A stretch of DNA of 64,000 nucleotides, from positions 3,348,001 through 3,412,000 of the forward strand of contig CM059433.1 in NCBI GenBank assembly GCA_030390025.1. The letters are read 5' to 3'. The stretch's first letter is position 1. The number at the start of each line of letters is the position of its first letter. The notes under the pieces were generated by a model that was not told the origin of the DNA, ran no database searches, and saw only the letters and a program-made list of their open reading frames with translations. This DNA is from Squalus acanthias (lineage: Eukaryota). Below, in pieces: positions 36,129 to 49,905 of this stretch. The position numbers and the translations under genes were made by a program.

Positions 36129-36227
36129 TTTTGTTGCAGTGCCTCTCAGTGCAAACGAAGGCCACCCTCTTTTGTTTCACATGCTGCAACATCACTTGAA
36201 GGGCAGCGTTCCTGGATCTGGACATCA

Positions 36228-39200
36228 GGGCCTGCAAATTCGGGCGTGCCCATTTTTGCGCAGGGTACGATCACTGCACCTGAATGGTGGGGCTCGAGGT
36301 GCCCCCTGATTTTGGGCCCCAGGCTGGTGGCTGGATGGGGGAGGGGGAGGGACGGATAGCTGGCGGGTGGGGCGGGAGGGGGGAGGTGTTGGGGGGGGGG
36401 TGGAAGCGGCCCATGTTCTTTTAATGTGCAAACGGGAGGAGGACGACCGCTCCTCTCAGCTCCACAGTCGGGGAAGTGCGGGGGCCTTCCTGCCGGTTAG
36501 CTCCACATTGTGCTGTGCGAGTTCAACATGTGATGAGTGAAGCGCTGGAGCGATTGAAAATCTTCAATGGGTCCTGCAAGAAACGCAGGGGCCAAATTTC
36601 CTCCATGTTCCTTGACATTGACAAGATGCTCCCTGGCAGTCTTGCCATTGCTCCTAGCATTTCTATGTGCATGGTCATCACCCTTCTTCTGAAGGCCACC
36701 TCATCCAGGTCATCATCTGAGTCGGGTGAGGCAGAAGTCACGCGCGAACTCGCCCTCCAGGGAGCTGGCCCCCGAGCTACCCTTTCTCCCTGGTCTTGCT
36801 GGAGCCCACTCGTGCCCAGTGCATCACCCTGTGCAGATCCCGCCTCCAAACTACCCTCTACATTCTACGCAGTGCCAGTTTCTGAGCTGGTATCTGCGAG
36901 TGTCAGATGCAGTGATGGTGTACCTTCTTCTCCTTCACTCTCCTCCACAATATGAGGGACAGGCTGGCCTGCTGGCAGTTCTTTGGTATCTGAAAGCAGA
37001 AAGGCAGAAGGGTCGGGTTGTGGTGAGGTGAGGGGGGGAAAGCAAGATATCCATGCAGCTTGTAATTGAGAAGAGAGTGTGGGATGAGGGGGATGATGGA
37101 TGTGAGAAGAAGGATTAGGAATGACCAGACCATCATTATCAGCAAGGGCATCAACTTCTCCCATTGTCACGGCCTCGGTCACTGCCCCTCCAATGATGTT
37201 GAGCATGGACTCCTCCAGGTGGCTGAGGCTCTGTATAGCGGCTTGGCCGCCTCCCGTCTGCTGTTGTTCCCAGCGGACATGAGCCACCTTTGCCTGCAAG
37301 AGAAAGGGAAGTGTGTCAGTGAGTGTCGTGCAACGTGTTTGGTTGCCATAGCTGAATTACTGTTAGTGTGAGATGTGGGTGGTGTTGCAGCAGTGGTAAG
37401 GTTGTGAGGGTGAAGTGAAGCCATGATTGTGAGGTGTGAGTGGTGATTACTGGAGATTTCTGGTAGGTGAGTGATGGGGGTGTGGTGCATTGAGCAGTGT
37501 GTGAGGCTTGTGGTGAAGTTGGTGGGATATGCATTTGCTAAAGCCTTCACTCACCTTGACCTGCTGTGTGAGGTCATTAAACTTATTTGGCATTGGATTC
37601 ATGTCCTTGGAACCACACTGGTAGCCGTGACAGAGGTAGCTATCTGCTGCCGGAGCCTTCTACTAGTAGACTTGGATGGCTTTTTGCCACCATTTTTTTT
37701 TCATTAGTTCCGGGATGTGGGAGTCTCTGGCAAGGCCGTCTTTATTGCCCATCACTAATTGCCCTTGAGAAGGTGGTGGTGAGCCACCTTCTTGAACCAC
37801 TGCAGTCCGTGTGGTGAAGGTGCTCCCACAGTGCTGTTAGGGAGGGAGTTCCAGGATTTTGACCCAACGACGATGAAGGAACGGCCGATATACTTCCAAG
37901 TCAGGGTGGTGTGTAACTCGAGGGGAACTTGCAGGTGATAGTGTTCCCATGCACCTGCTGCCTTTATCCTTCTAGGTGGTAGAGCTCGCGGGTTTGGGAG
38001 GTGCTGCCGAAGAAGCCTTGATGAGTTGCTGCAGTGCATCTTGTAGATGGTACACACTGCAGCCACGGTACGCTGATGGTGGAGGGAGTGAATGTCTAAG
38101 GTGGTGGGTGGGGTGCCAATCAAGCGGGTTGCTTTTTCCTGGATGGTGTCGAGCTTTTTGAGTGTTGTTGGAGCTGCACTCATCCAGGCAAGTGGAGAGT
38201 ATTCCATCACACTCCTGATTTGTGCCTTGTAGATGGTGGAAGGGCTTTAGGGAGTCTGGAGGTGAGACACTCACCACAGAATACCCAGCCTCTGACCCAC
38301 TCTTGTTGCCACAGTATTTATGTGACTGGTCCAGTTAAGTTTCTGGTCAATGGTGACCCCCAGGATGTTGATGGTGGGGGTTTCGGCGATGGTAATGCCG
38401 TTAATGTGTTTAGACTCTCGCTTGTTGGAGACAGTCATTGCCTGGCACTTGTGTGGTGCGAATGTTACCTGCCACTTATCAGCCCAAGCCTAAATGTCAT
38501 CCAGATCTTGCTGCCTGCGGGCATGGACTGCTTCATTATCTGAGGAGTTGTGAATGGCGCTGAACACTGTGCAATCATCAGCGAACATCCCCACTTCTGA
38601 CTTTATGATGGAGGGAAGGTCATTGATGAAGCAACTGAAGATGGTTGAGCCTCGGACACTGCCCTGAGGAACTCCTGCAGCGATGTCCTGGGGCTGAGAT
38701 GATTGAACTCCAACAACCACAACCATCTTCCTTTGTGCTAGGTATGACTCCAGCCAGTGGATCATTTTCCCTCTGATTCCCATTGACTTCAGTTTTACTG
38801 GGGCTCCTCGATGCCACACTCGGTCAAATGCTGCCTTGATGTCAAGGGCAGTCACTCTCACCTCACCTCTGGAATTAAGCTCCTTTGTCCATGTTTGGAC
38901 CAAGGCTGTAATGAGGTCGGGAGCCGAGTGGTCCTGGTGGAACCCAAACTGGGCATCAGTGAGCAGGTTATTGGTGAGTAAGTGCCATTTGATAGCACTG
39001 TCAATGACACCTTCCATCACTTTGTTGCTGATTGAGAGTAGACTGATGGGGCGGTAATTGGCCGGATTGGATTTGTCCTGCTTTTTGTGGACAGGACATA
39101 CCTGGGCAGGTTTCCACATTGTCGGATAGATGCCAGTGTTGTAGCTGTACTGGAACAGCTTGGCTAGGGGCGCAGCTAGTTCTGGAGCACAAATCTTCAG

Positions 39201-39952
39201 CACGACAGCCGGGATGTTGTTCGGGCCCATAGTCTTTGCTGTATCCAGTGCGCTCAGCCGTTTCTTGATATCACGTGGAGTGAATTGAAATGGCTGAATA
39301 CTGGCTTCTGTGATGGTGGGATCCTCAGGAGGAGGCCGATATGGATCATCCACTCGGCACTTCTGGCTGAATCTATCCCATTTAGCACAGTGGTAGTGCC
39401 ACACAACACGATGGAGGGTGTCCTCATTGTGAAGACGGGACTTCGTCTCCACAAGGACTGTGCGGTGGTCACTGCTACCAATGCTGTCATGGACAGATGC
39501 ATCTGCGACAGGTAGATTGGTGAGGACGAGGTCAAGTAGGTTTTTCCCTCGTGTTGGTTGCAGGAACAGTACAGCCTGCCTTCTTTGAACTGCTACGGCC
39601 AAGGCCTCCAGTGCTGCATCCGAAAACCTTCGTGCTCTCTCTCTAGATTGCTGAGCTATGTCTTCAGCCGGACTGACAATGAGGTGCTGCTGCAACAAAG
39701 CACCTCCCATTTAAGTAGTGGAGAGAGCCTCGGCCAAACATTACTGGTCATTAGACGGCACCCGATATTGGCCGAACTGTTCAGCACTAAGCCAATCAGC
39801 AGCGAGTTTAGTGCTGAGATCAGCGCTGCAATCATTATAATGAGCAGGCAGCACGAATTTTGCGTGCTGCCTGGACCACTTTCAGCAGGCGCAGGTAAAT
39901 AGCGCTGGCCCTTGACACTGCCTGCTTGCAGGCCTAGCCCCATTTCTAGGCC
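36228..39952 (-). mobile_element. Harbinger derivative carrying a Myb/SANT gene, interrupted by a LINE
   Basis: TIR-like ends GGGCCTGCAAATT / ATTTCTAGGCC; RARRFSDAALEAL at about 39600-39640; later Myb exons at 36476-37690. Confidence 0.7.
37693..39558 (-). mobile_element. Non-LTR retrotransposon (CR1/L2-group, distinct family), 5'-truncated with a poly(A) tail
   Basis: LLDLVLTN, NYRPISLLS, LDIKAAFDRVWH, GVPQGSV and FADD motifs; 3' AATAAA and A9 tail. Confidence 0.88.
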
Positions 39953-40109
39953 AAGGAGTCAACCGGGTGAAGCAGGATTTGGAGGGAATCGAGCTCCACA
40001 GGAAGGTGAGAGAAAGGGGAGCAGTGTAGGGAGAAGTATGGAGGGAGAGAGAGAGTGGCAAATTGGCACATCGAGTGATCGAGAAAGGAGAACAGGGGCA
40101 GGCTGAAGG

Positions 40110-40566
40110 AAAGAAAGACTTGCATTTTATAACGTCTTTCGCGACCTCAGGACATCTCAGAGCATTTTACAGCCAGTGAAGTACGTTTGAAGGGTAGTCC
40201 CTGTTCTAATGGAAGGACACCACTTTACGCAGAACAAGGTCTTACCATCAGCAATGAGATAAATAACTGGATAATCAGTTTTTAATGATGTTGATTGCGG
40301 GATAAATATTGGCCAGGACATTAGGGTGAACTCCCATGCTCTTTTTCAAAATAGTGCCCATGGGATCTTTTACGTCCACCTGAGAGAGCAGACGAGGCCT
40401 CAGTTTAACGTCTCATCCAAAAGACGGCACCTCCGACAGTGCGGCACTCCCTCAGCACTGCACTAGAGTGTCAGCCTAGATTTTTGTGCTCAAGTCTCTG
40501 GAGTGGGACTTGAACCCACAACCTTCTGACTCAGAGGCGAGGGCGCCACCCACTGAGCCACGGCTG
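40110..40566 (-). mobile_element. Deu-domain SINE (SacSINE1-like)
   Basis: Homologous to 9262-9741. Confidence 0.85.
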
Positions 40567-40784
40567 AGGGGGCGAGAAGGTTGTTACTTGAACTCACTGT
40601 GAGCAATGGCACAGGCCCTCTAGGTAGCTTGAATTTCTGCAACAATTCGTGATGCATCCACTTGTGACACTGCGAGGAAAACAACCAAGCATTGAACTCC
40701 ATTCAAAAATTGGAGTTAAGAATCTGGTGAGTAAAAATATTTCCTCTCTAAATCACTGTTCCTAATTCCTCTGAATGCTGTCTA

Positions 40785-40985
40785 ACAACAACAACAGCTT
40801 GCATTTATATAGCACCTTTAATGCTGTAAAAGTCCCAAGGCGCTGCACAGGAGCGGTCGCAACACAGAATTTGACACCGAGCCATATAAGATGATCGGGC
40901 AGGTGACCAAAAGCTTGGTCAAAGAGCTGGGTTTTAAGGAGTGTCTTAAAGGAGGAGAGAGAGTTAGCGAGAGGCGGAGAGGCTT
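40785..40985 (-). mobile_element. L2-type LINE 3' tail fragment
   Basis: TTGCATTTATATAGCACC motif shared with the SINE tails; (TTG)n end. Confidence 0.6.
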
Positions 40986-41529
40986 TGTGACTTTTAATGA
41001 CAACACTTGTAGTGACTATACCAATGTCATTCTACAGTGCATCAAGCCCTGAGATGCAGACAACTATTAAACAATCACTTTGCAAATCAACATGCACCAT
41101 TACATCAAATTTAAATTTCCATGCTACAATTTATTCATCAAGCTGGCCTTTATATGCCGCCCAGGAAGGTTAAGCAATGTTGAATAGTGAATTGTTGAAT
41201 ACATATTCAATATTTCTGCATTTTCCAGTTTTGGACAATTTTGTTTTCCTTTAAATGAAGTTACAAATAATAACCCACAGAATTTAATCTCAAACTCTAG
41301 GATTTCCAGAAGCAATTTTGTGACAGATATCACTTCACACAAGAAAAGCAGAATGAATCGAAGTTCTGCTGACCGCCCCCCCACACAACACCATGAGGAG
41401 TGGAGGTAGAACACTGAAGAGTTTGTTGAAGAGCTGTGTTCAATGCTAAGGCAGCGCGAAAGGTGACAGAAGGATTACTTGTGGTTACTTGTGAAGTTAT
41501 TTGTGAATGTAACAAGATCACAAGATAGA

Positions 41530-42120
41530 CGTAGATGAGGAAAGCTAATCAGCCTATCCAAGCTCAATCATCCAGAAAGAATCTACAATCTCTCCATCAC
41601 GAGATCTAATTGTTTCTTACGTGACTCCAGGGTTTCTGCCTGCACCATTCTTCCAAGAATTCTGCTCCATGTGATGATCATTCTTTGTGTGAAAAAGGAT
41701 TTCCTGACAGTAAGCCTAAATTTGACGTTCACTCCTTTGAACCTGTGCACCTTGACCTATTGCCATAGCTTAACTTGAAGTAATGCATTTACTTTTTCTA
41801 TCCCATTTACTGTCTTTAATTATCTCTACAAGGTCCTCTGCTAGTTATGTCCTTTTGAGGTTGAGGAGCCCAGGTTGTACCTGTCTTTCCGCGCAATTCG
41901 GTCTTCTGATGCTGGGGATCAGCCTCGAGACACTTTCTGCACTGCCTTAGGGACGAAAGATTAGTACTGTGCCTCAGTGACCAAGACTGGGTGCATCTTT
42001 CAAGGCAAGGTCTAATCAGAGTATTGTACAACGGTCGCATGATATCCTCGGACTTGCAGTCTACTGTTTTAGCTGTAGAATTCAGCATTCTATTTGCTTT
42101 GTTAACTGTTGCTGCAAATG
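41530..42120 (-). mobile_element. Old, degenerate CR1 fragment
   Basis: PLYNTLIRPCLERCTQSWS resembles CR1 [18 protein letters not shown]. Confidence 0.65.
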
Positions 42121-43983
42121 TTATGTGCCATGTCTATTAATACCCCAGATTTCCTTTAAGCTCACCATTAGTTATTTCAGTACTATTGATAGTGTTACAT
42201 ATGCTGCCCAATATTTGTTCTTAAGAATACTTTACACTTTTGTGTCATTTTGGGGGAGAATTTCCACAGGGTTTTCCTGTTTCCCCACTGGATCCCTGAA
42301 GAGGGTCAAGATTTTTTTTTAAAAATGCAGCCCCCTAACAAAGAGAGCCACTGGGGGCATCGGGGAGGGGTAACAGTCAACACCCGCTGGACAAGGTGAC
42401 CTTCTATGGAGTTTCCTATACGTTTTCTACGGTGGGTTCCCCTCGTGATGCGGGTGTCTGCCATGAATAGGCACAAGAAGAAACCTTCCCTCTGACCTCT
42501 GACCATGCAAAGAGTTCCAGGGTCAGCGGCGGATGTTCCTTAGCAGGCACATCTCAGCACTCACACTCAGGTTGTGCTTCAACGTGGATTTTCGGAGTCA
42601 TTGAGTTATTACTGCAAACTATTAATCATGATTTCATAGATCTCTCCCACATAGTGCAACACGCCATAGGGTAAATTTTGCAAGACTGGCACTGTGTGGC
42701 AAAGGAAGTTCAGGCTGTGTGAGATGGTGTATTGCAGGTCTGATATAGCCTAAATAGAGGAAATTATGTAAATCAAGGGCTCGCTTGATTTTACATGTTT
42801 TCGGGCCCTCTGTCACCAGTGCTGAGCTGATCCATATAAAATGGGTACATCAGTCATATGCAACGAGGCTTGGTCACATCAGTTTCTTAAAGGGAGAAAG
42901 GGAGCACACTTTGCTTTGTAACTTGGTTGATTTTTTTTTTGGGTGGGAGTTCCTTTGCAAATACATCTTTAAGCACCGCGCCTTACTAGGTTTGACAGGG
43001 TTGTCTGTGCTTTTTTGCATTTATTTTTGCTAATACTTTTCTTTGTTACACTTTGTTGTTCCCGCCACCTAAATCATGAGGAAGTGAATTCCTTTGGGAG
43101 TTCCGTCAGGTGACGAAGATGAGTTCATGAGGGGACACAACTGCAACAACAATTAAACTGTTTTGTCCACACCTGTCACCATTTTTATAGGTCCACTCCG
43201 TCCATACCTCGACAGAGCAGAGGAGGTCTGTCTTTACCATCTCCACTTCAAAATAGAGATTATCAATAATTGGTCTTCCAACCAAAGCCAATTAGTTAGA
43301 GTGCGATGTAGTCTCAGATAATCAACTCATGACCTTCTGCCTTGGAGTTCATCACTTTTACTGATTGAACTTCTGGACTGTCCAGACCCAGGAGCAAAAA
43401 AAACAATCATTCGACTCCTTTTTCTCACCAGCTCCCTCTCCTCGGTTCCCCTCTTCTCCTGAAGGCACAGATTCCTTGCTGCGATACAGTTCCACAAGAG
43501 CCGGTCACCTTTTGGTACCACACACAAGTGGCCACTATTCACGTGTGAGCCTCGACAGTCAGTGTCTGCAAGCTATTTCACCTCTGGGATCATCTCCGCC
43601 TAGACCAACTCTGTCCCCATCCCATATCCGCACACGAGCACTTCCTGCTGGGATCGCTGGACAGTGATCAGGAGTGGGGACTCTGGCCCATTTCCCCCCC
43701 CCTAACCCAGGGTTACTGAGGTCAGTTGTAATGACCCTATTGACACCCCGGCTGAAATCAGCGAACGCATCGTAGACCTGAGATCAAACCTTGGACATTT
43801 TCTGGTCTGTGTGGCTCAGCTACTTACTGGATAAACTCAATGATCCAAGACTTTAAAAATTTTTATAGCACATATACCCCAAAGAAATATTCTCACCGGT
43901 TCTTGTTCCTAAAACTGACAGCTGCAGTCCTCTAAGATATCAGCCTATCACAGCTTTGTGCAGCTTGATTCCTAGGTCCTGCA

Positions 43984-46900
43984 TGTGTCTTGTTTTTTGC
44001 ACGCTTTGTAAATTGAAGGACAACGGAGTATTACGTTTTACCTTTGTTTATTAAGCATTAGGTCTGTGTTCTTACTCATAGCAGCACCAGAGGGGAAGAG
44101 CATGGCATTAGGACCCCTAGCCTAGGTGTTTCAAACAATAGTAGTCCTTATAGATGCCTGCAGGCCAATGACAACTCAATATGTAAATGTTACATCCCCT
44201 TTCTTTTAAAAGAAAGAGAAGAAAAAAAAAATGTTATGCATTACTTTTAAACCTTTCTTCTACATAATGTTCTCGGTAGCGTAAACATATAAGTAAACTC
44301 AGCATTTAACTAGTACTGAAAACAGCTCAACGTTTCAATAACGATGTACAGTTTTTTTTTTAGGGCAGCGATCCGCCTACACCCTTTGAAAGTTCACAAG
44401 TCAAGGATAACTCTAGGCTTGACCTCTCGTCCCGACCTTGTGTGGTGTGAAACTGAGCATGCTCCTGAATCGGTCAACAATTCAGGTTCCGGTTTAGGTA
44501 AGTATGATGTGTTTTGTGTATTGCTCTGTTCATCACACTCTGTTGAACTGATCCTCTCGTTGGAATGACGGTGTTGTTCCTTGGTGTTCAGGAGGTGCTT
44601 GCGATTGCGGCGGTACACCTGTCCTTCTGGGGTGCGGACGTGATACGATGGCTCAGTGTCAGCTGGCTGGATGATGATTGCTGGCTTCCAGTAGTCATGC
44701 TCCTGGATTCTGACAGATTCTCCATTGTGCAGCGACGGCAGTAGTCTAGCTGACCTGTCACAGTATCTCTTTTGGTGTTGCTGTCTCTGTACACGTTTTG
44801 CATGCACTTGCTGGCAGCTGACAACCTCCGGCTGCAGCTGCTGGTTGGTGCTTGGAAGGATTGAGGGAAGTCTGTGGCTCATCAACAGCTGTGCTAGTGA
44901 CTTGAAGTTGTCAACCGGAGTGTTGCGGTACTCAAGGAGACTGATGTCGGGGTCTCTTTTGTCCGCTTTGGCTTTGTCCATAAGTGTTTTTGCAATCTGG
45001 ACAGTTTTTTCAGCAAGGCCATTACTTTGAGGGTAATGTGGGCTTGATGTGACATGTGTGAAATCCCATGCCTTGGCAAACGACTCGAACTCTTTTGATT
45101 TGTATTGGGAGCCATTGTCTGAGACTAAAGTCTCTACCACGCCATGCCCGGCAAAGGCTGCCTTTAGCTTGTGGATCACAGCTGCAGATGTGGTGCTGTG
45201 AAGCTTGTCCAGTTCAAAAAATCTGCTGTAGTAATCAACAGCTACCAGGTAGTCCTCGTTGTTCCATGTGAACAGATCCGTTGCCGCGACCTGCCAGGGC
45301 CTGTCTGGGATACGGTGAGGTATCATGGGCTCTTTGACATTTGATGGGCGGCGTTCTAGACAAATGGAACATTTTCCGACAATGTCCTCAATGTGTTTGC
45401 ACATTCCGGGCCAAAACATAATGGCCCGAAAATTAGACCTAATACGCGAGAGTACGCACTGTGTACTCTCGCGTTTTAGGTCTCCAATTGCCGGTTTCCA
45501 GCATGCACTGCGCATGCGCGGGAAACCAGCACTTCGTGAACTCAAAAGGGGGCGGTTCCTAAGTGAACCGCGTGCGCGCTACAGGCTGTGCGCACGCAGT
45601 GCACTTAGTGCTTTGAACGTGCAGGTAAGCATGGAAGATTTTACACATAAAGAAAGGAGGCGCAAGACCCTCTTTTAACAAGGTAAGTAGTTAATTAAGT
45701 ATTATTTTAATTTTTTTTCAACAGGTTTATCTTTTTTAGAGACTTTAAAGAAAGGTAAGTTTATTTTTATAACTTTTAAAAAGATTTTAAATTTTTTCAA
45801 AAATTTAAATTTTTGTTTAAAGTGGTTAATTTATTTAACTATACTTATTTTATTAATGTTATGGGTTTTTTAAATTTAATTGAGGTTTAGCTGTTCTTTT
45901 GGGGGTAAGTTGTATTCATAGCTTTGACAGTTCTCCTGTCAAAACTATGAATGAAAGATGGTGTGCTGCCATTGGCTCTAACTGAATCACGTGATCCCAG
46001 AGCTCGCACGAACTAACTGCGTCTGTGGGTCACGCAAGCACTGCACAGCTGCAGCCTTGAAACTAAAGTTCGTGTGGGCCCGGAGGGAAAAGGTAGGCGC
46101 GCAGTGAGATATCGCGGGGAAGCCTTACCCCCACATGAACACTAATTTCTGGGCCAATGTCACGTGCTCTTTGTTTGCATTTTTCCATGCCCATATGTCC
46201 AGCATGAATTTTTGTCAACATCTCTTCTCTGAGACTGGTAGGAATGATGATTTTCTCCCCTTTGAAAACGATTCTGTTGATTTGTGACAGTTCGTCTCTG
46301 TGGTTCCAGAATTCAGATATGCTCTGAGGGCATTTCCTCCTTTCCTCAGGCCATCCTTCATGTATGACTTTGCTCAGCAGTGTGAGTTGTGCATCTTTTT
46401 CTGTTCCTGCTCGGATCTCCTTCAGTTTTGAGTCACTCACCGGTAAACTGTTGTATACCATGTGCACCTGCACATCCATGCCTTCACTGAGGCTGCTGTC
46501 CTGGTAGCTAAGAGACTTTCTGGAGAGTGTGTCTGCGACAGGAATGTCTTTGCCTGGACAGTGAATGATTGTGAAGTCGTACTTCTGTAGCTGAAGAATC
46601 ATTCTCTGTAGCCTTGGCGGGGCTGCGGCTAGTGGTTTCCTCATGATTGACTCGAGGGGCTTGTGGTCGGATTCCACAATGACTTGTCAGCCATAGACGT
46701 ACTGGTGGAAACGCTTACATCCAAACAGAATTGCATATAGCTCTTTCTCGATTTGAGCATAGTTGATTTCACTGTCTGAGGGAGATCTGGAAGCGTAACC
46801 AATGGGCTTACCTTCTTGCAGTAATAGTGCGCCTAGTCCGTACTGTGACGCGTCCACTTGTAGTCTGAGCTCTTTGTTGGGGTCGGAGTATGCAAGGACT

Positions 46901-47455
46901 GGTCCTGGTTCTCTGGTGATCAGGTCTTTAATTTTCTGAAATGCTATGTCATGTTGTTTGTCCCACAGGAACTCATTGGATTGTTTGAGCAACTGACGCA
47001 TGGATGCGTTTATTTTGGAGAGGCTCGGGGCAAACTTGGCTAAGTAGTTAACCATGCCTAGTACTGTCTCTAGCTCTGCGCGGTTCTTCGGCGGTTCCAT
47101 CTTCTTGATGGCGGAGATTTTCTCTGGATCCGGCTTAATGCCATCAGTTGAGAGGCGGTGCCCGAAATAACTGATCTCGGTGGATCCGATTCTGCTTTTC
47201 TCAGGGTTGAGCCGGATACCTTTCTCCCGTGATCTATGTAGCATCGCACGGAGGTTCCTGTCATGTTCCTCTCTATTCCTGCCACAGATGAGGATGTCGT
47301 CTATGATTGCGACTACTCCATCGAGGCCTTCATAGGTTTTGTCGATCTTCCGCTGGAATTCATCCTGAGCTGAGATAAGACCAAATGGTAAACGCAGAAA
47401 TCGGTAGCGTCCAAATGGTGTGTTGAACGGTTAGCTTCGATGACTCTTCCGTGAG
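43984..47455 (-). mobile_element. Ty3/Gypsy LTR retrotransposon remnant (RT-RNase H-IN, PPT, short putative 3' LTR)
   Basis: FNTPFGRYRFLRLPFG, IIDD, LQVDASQYGLGA, NYAQIEKE, SDHKPLE, SDNG, PQSNGLAE; PPT AAAAGAAAGGGGA then TGTAAC at 44194; the far end of the LTR is uncertain. Confidence 0.88.
45423..46155 (+). mobile_element. Complete Harbinger-type MITE inserted in the Gypsy integrase
   Basis: TIRs GGCCCGAAAATTAG / CTAATTTCTGGGCC; AAT TSD; removal restores RARDI-MFWPGM. Confidence 0.92.
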
Positions 47456-47894
47456 CTTGATAGTCCAGTATCCTGATCATGCGTCCATTACACTGAAGTA
47501 ACGTGCTTTCCAGATAAACAGCCTTCAACATCTTTCTCCTCGCCACACAGGAGCAGGAGTGGGTCATTCAGCCCCTCGAGCCTGTTCCACATCACCACAG
47601 CTGTGTAAAATACCCAAGCCAGGCTGCCATTAAAGTTTCAATGGACACCTTGCCAACAACTGCAGCATCAGCCCATGTACCTCCGTCCACGATTGTCGCC
47701 TTCTATCACCACCCAGCCCATTGGCGCACTGCCACCTGCTTCACAAAATCACAATAAATAGGAAGTAAATGTAAATATCTGCCACCTCCAGTGTTGAACA
47801 CTTGTAGCTACCAGTTACTCAATGCTCATCCACTTCCACTTGATCCCTCGCAGTTACAGTTGAATGTGTAGACTTCAAGGAGAAACCGTTTCCA

Positions 47895-48190
47895 CTGGCA
47901 AGAGGGTCAGTAACCAAAGGACACAGATTTAAAACAGGTGGCAAAAGAACCAGAGGGAAGATGAGAAGAATTTTATTTACGCAGCGAGTTGTTACTATCT
48001 GGAATGCGCTGCCTGAAAAGGCGGTGGAAGCAGATTCAATAGTAACTTTCAAAGGGGAATTGGATAAATACTTGAAAAGGAAAAATTTGTCAGGCTATGG
48101 GGAAAGAGCGGGGGAGTGGGACTAATTGGAGAGCACTTTCAAAGAGCCGGCACAGGCACGATGGGCCAAATGGTCTCCTTCTGTGCTGTA
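47895..48190 (+). mobile_element. CR1 3' fragment (second subfamily)
   Basis: FFTQRVVTIWNALP and tail ATGGTCTCCTTCTGTGCTGTA. Confidence 0.8.
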
Positions 48191-48194
48191 TAAA

Positions 48195-48512
48195 AACATA
48201 AGATGTAGGAGCAGGAGTCGGTCATTTGGCCCCTCGAGCCTGCTCCGCCATTCAATAAGATCATGGTTGATCTGATCTGGGCCTCAACTCCACTTCACTG
48301 CCCGCTCCCCATAACCCTTGACTCCCTTATCATTCAAAAATCTGTCTATCTCCACCTTAAATATATTCAATGACCCAGCCCCCACAGCTCTCTGGGGAAG
48401 AGAATTCCAAAGATTCACGACCCTCTGGGAGAAGAAATTCCTCCTCATTTCCGATTTAAAAGGGTGCCCCCTTATTCTAAAATTATTCCCCCTAGTTCTA
48501 GATTCCCCCATG
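48195..48512 (-). mobile_element. CR1 3' fragment
   Basis: ESRTRG...RNFFSQRVVNLWNSLP plus tail. Confidence 0.88.
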
Positions 48513-49905
48513 ATTCGATGAATATCACCTCTGTGAGGAGCTCAGCACGTAAGTGAAAGTAAGATGAAAGGAAATGTTCAAACAGTGTAAGTGGCCTGAA
48601 TTATATGGTGATACCACAAGCACAAAGCAGTGCAAAAGTGTCATTCGCTTGTTATACGTGAACAGTATTGTCACAGAGTTACACTGGATTGAAATATTGG
48701 CACGTTCGAAAAGCACTCACCTCAGTTGAAGGTTCATTGAGAATGTAAAGATAGTAAGCAGGGTCGACTGCTCTTCATTGTAACAAAAAGACAAACAAGA
48801 GGAACCAAACAGGAAGCACTCACGCTTGACCCACCTGGATCAAGTAGCTGCTGGTAAAATAAAAGAATGGTTTCTGTACCAGGGCACAGCACAAAGAATA
48901 AATGAGCTACAAAGGAAATGGATGCTGATAGAAAATGAAGTGGCTGAAAGGGGCTGAAGGAGATAAATAGCTATTTTGTGAACTTTAAAAAAGCCTGGAA
49001 AAAAATGGAAGAGTAGCAGAGGTATGACTGATATATAGAAGAGAAAATGAATCGTGTATTAACCAAAAAAGAATAGAGATATCTACTTGTCCCACTAACT
49101 AAAACAATCGGCATCTTGAAAATTTCAAACTGCCCACTATAAATCAGGCCCTTAGTTCTATTTCAAATGTGCAGAACACTTTTTCACAAAGTCACTCTAG
49201 ATATAACTTTGCCACAAATCAAAATTACTGTTAACCCTTTAAAGATTGTAGTAACATATTGCACCAAAATAATTAAACATTTTCAAAAATATAATATTTT
49301 GTGTTTGTTCCCCCAACCTCAATTTTAAAGGAAGAAGAAATAGATGACTAATGACTAAATGTCAGCTTGACTTAGTTGGGAGCACTCTCCCCTCTGGAAC
49401 TGGCCACAAAACAGCCAATTTTGCAACAGGGGCCGAGGCTCAAATTTCAAGTGGCAGGATCGTTAAATTGATTCACGGCAAACGGGACTTTTCAGCTTAA
49501 CATAGAGCCAGAGATTCTTACAGCACAGAAGGAAGCTATTCAGCCCAACGTGTCTGTGCCGGCTCTTTGAAAGAGCTATCTAATTAGTCCCACTCCTCCT
49601 GCTCTTTCCCCATTGCCTTGGAAATTTTCCTTTGGGGTGAGAAATTAAGCCTGCCCTACTGGTAAGCACGAGGTCTATCAAAGACTCCCTTTCACACAAA
49701 TCAGGTCCCATGCCAAATTTGGACGAGACTCCACCTGCAGTACACACCTTGGCCATCTGACCTGGGCACATCAAAGATTCTGGGGCCTGGCTTGTTAAAG
49801 TGGGTTTCTTAAAAGTAGGTTAGTGCTGCACTGTTGTGATGAAGAATGTATTTTTTTTCCTCAGGTGTAGGGCATTTCGAATGCCATCCTTGCAGGCATT
49901 AGGAA

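Noticed and set aside
43100..43670. Short ORFs in unique-looking sequence
   Set aside because: No motifs or consistent splice structure
45423..45545. N-terminus of the 383-aa integrase ORF
   Set aside because: Read-in from the inserted MITE
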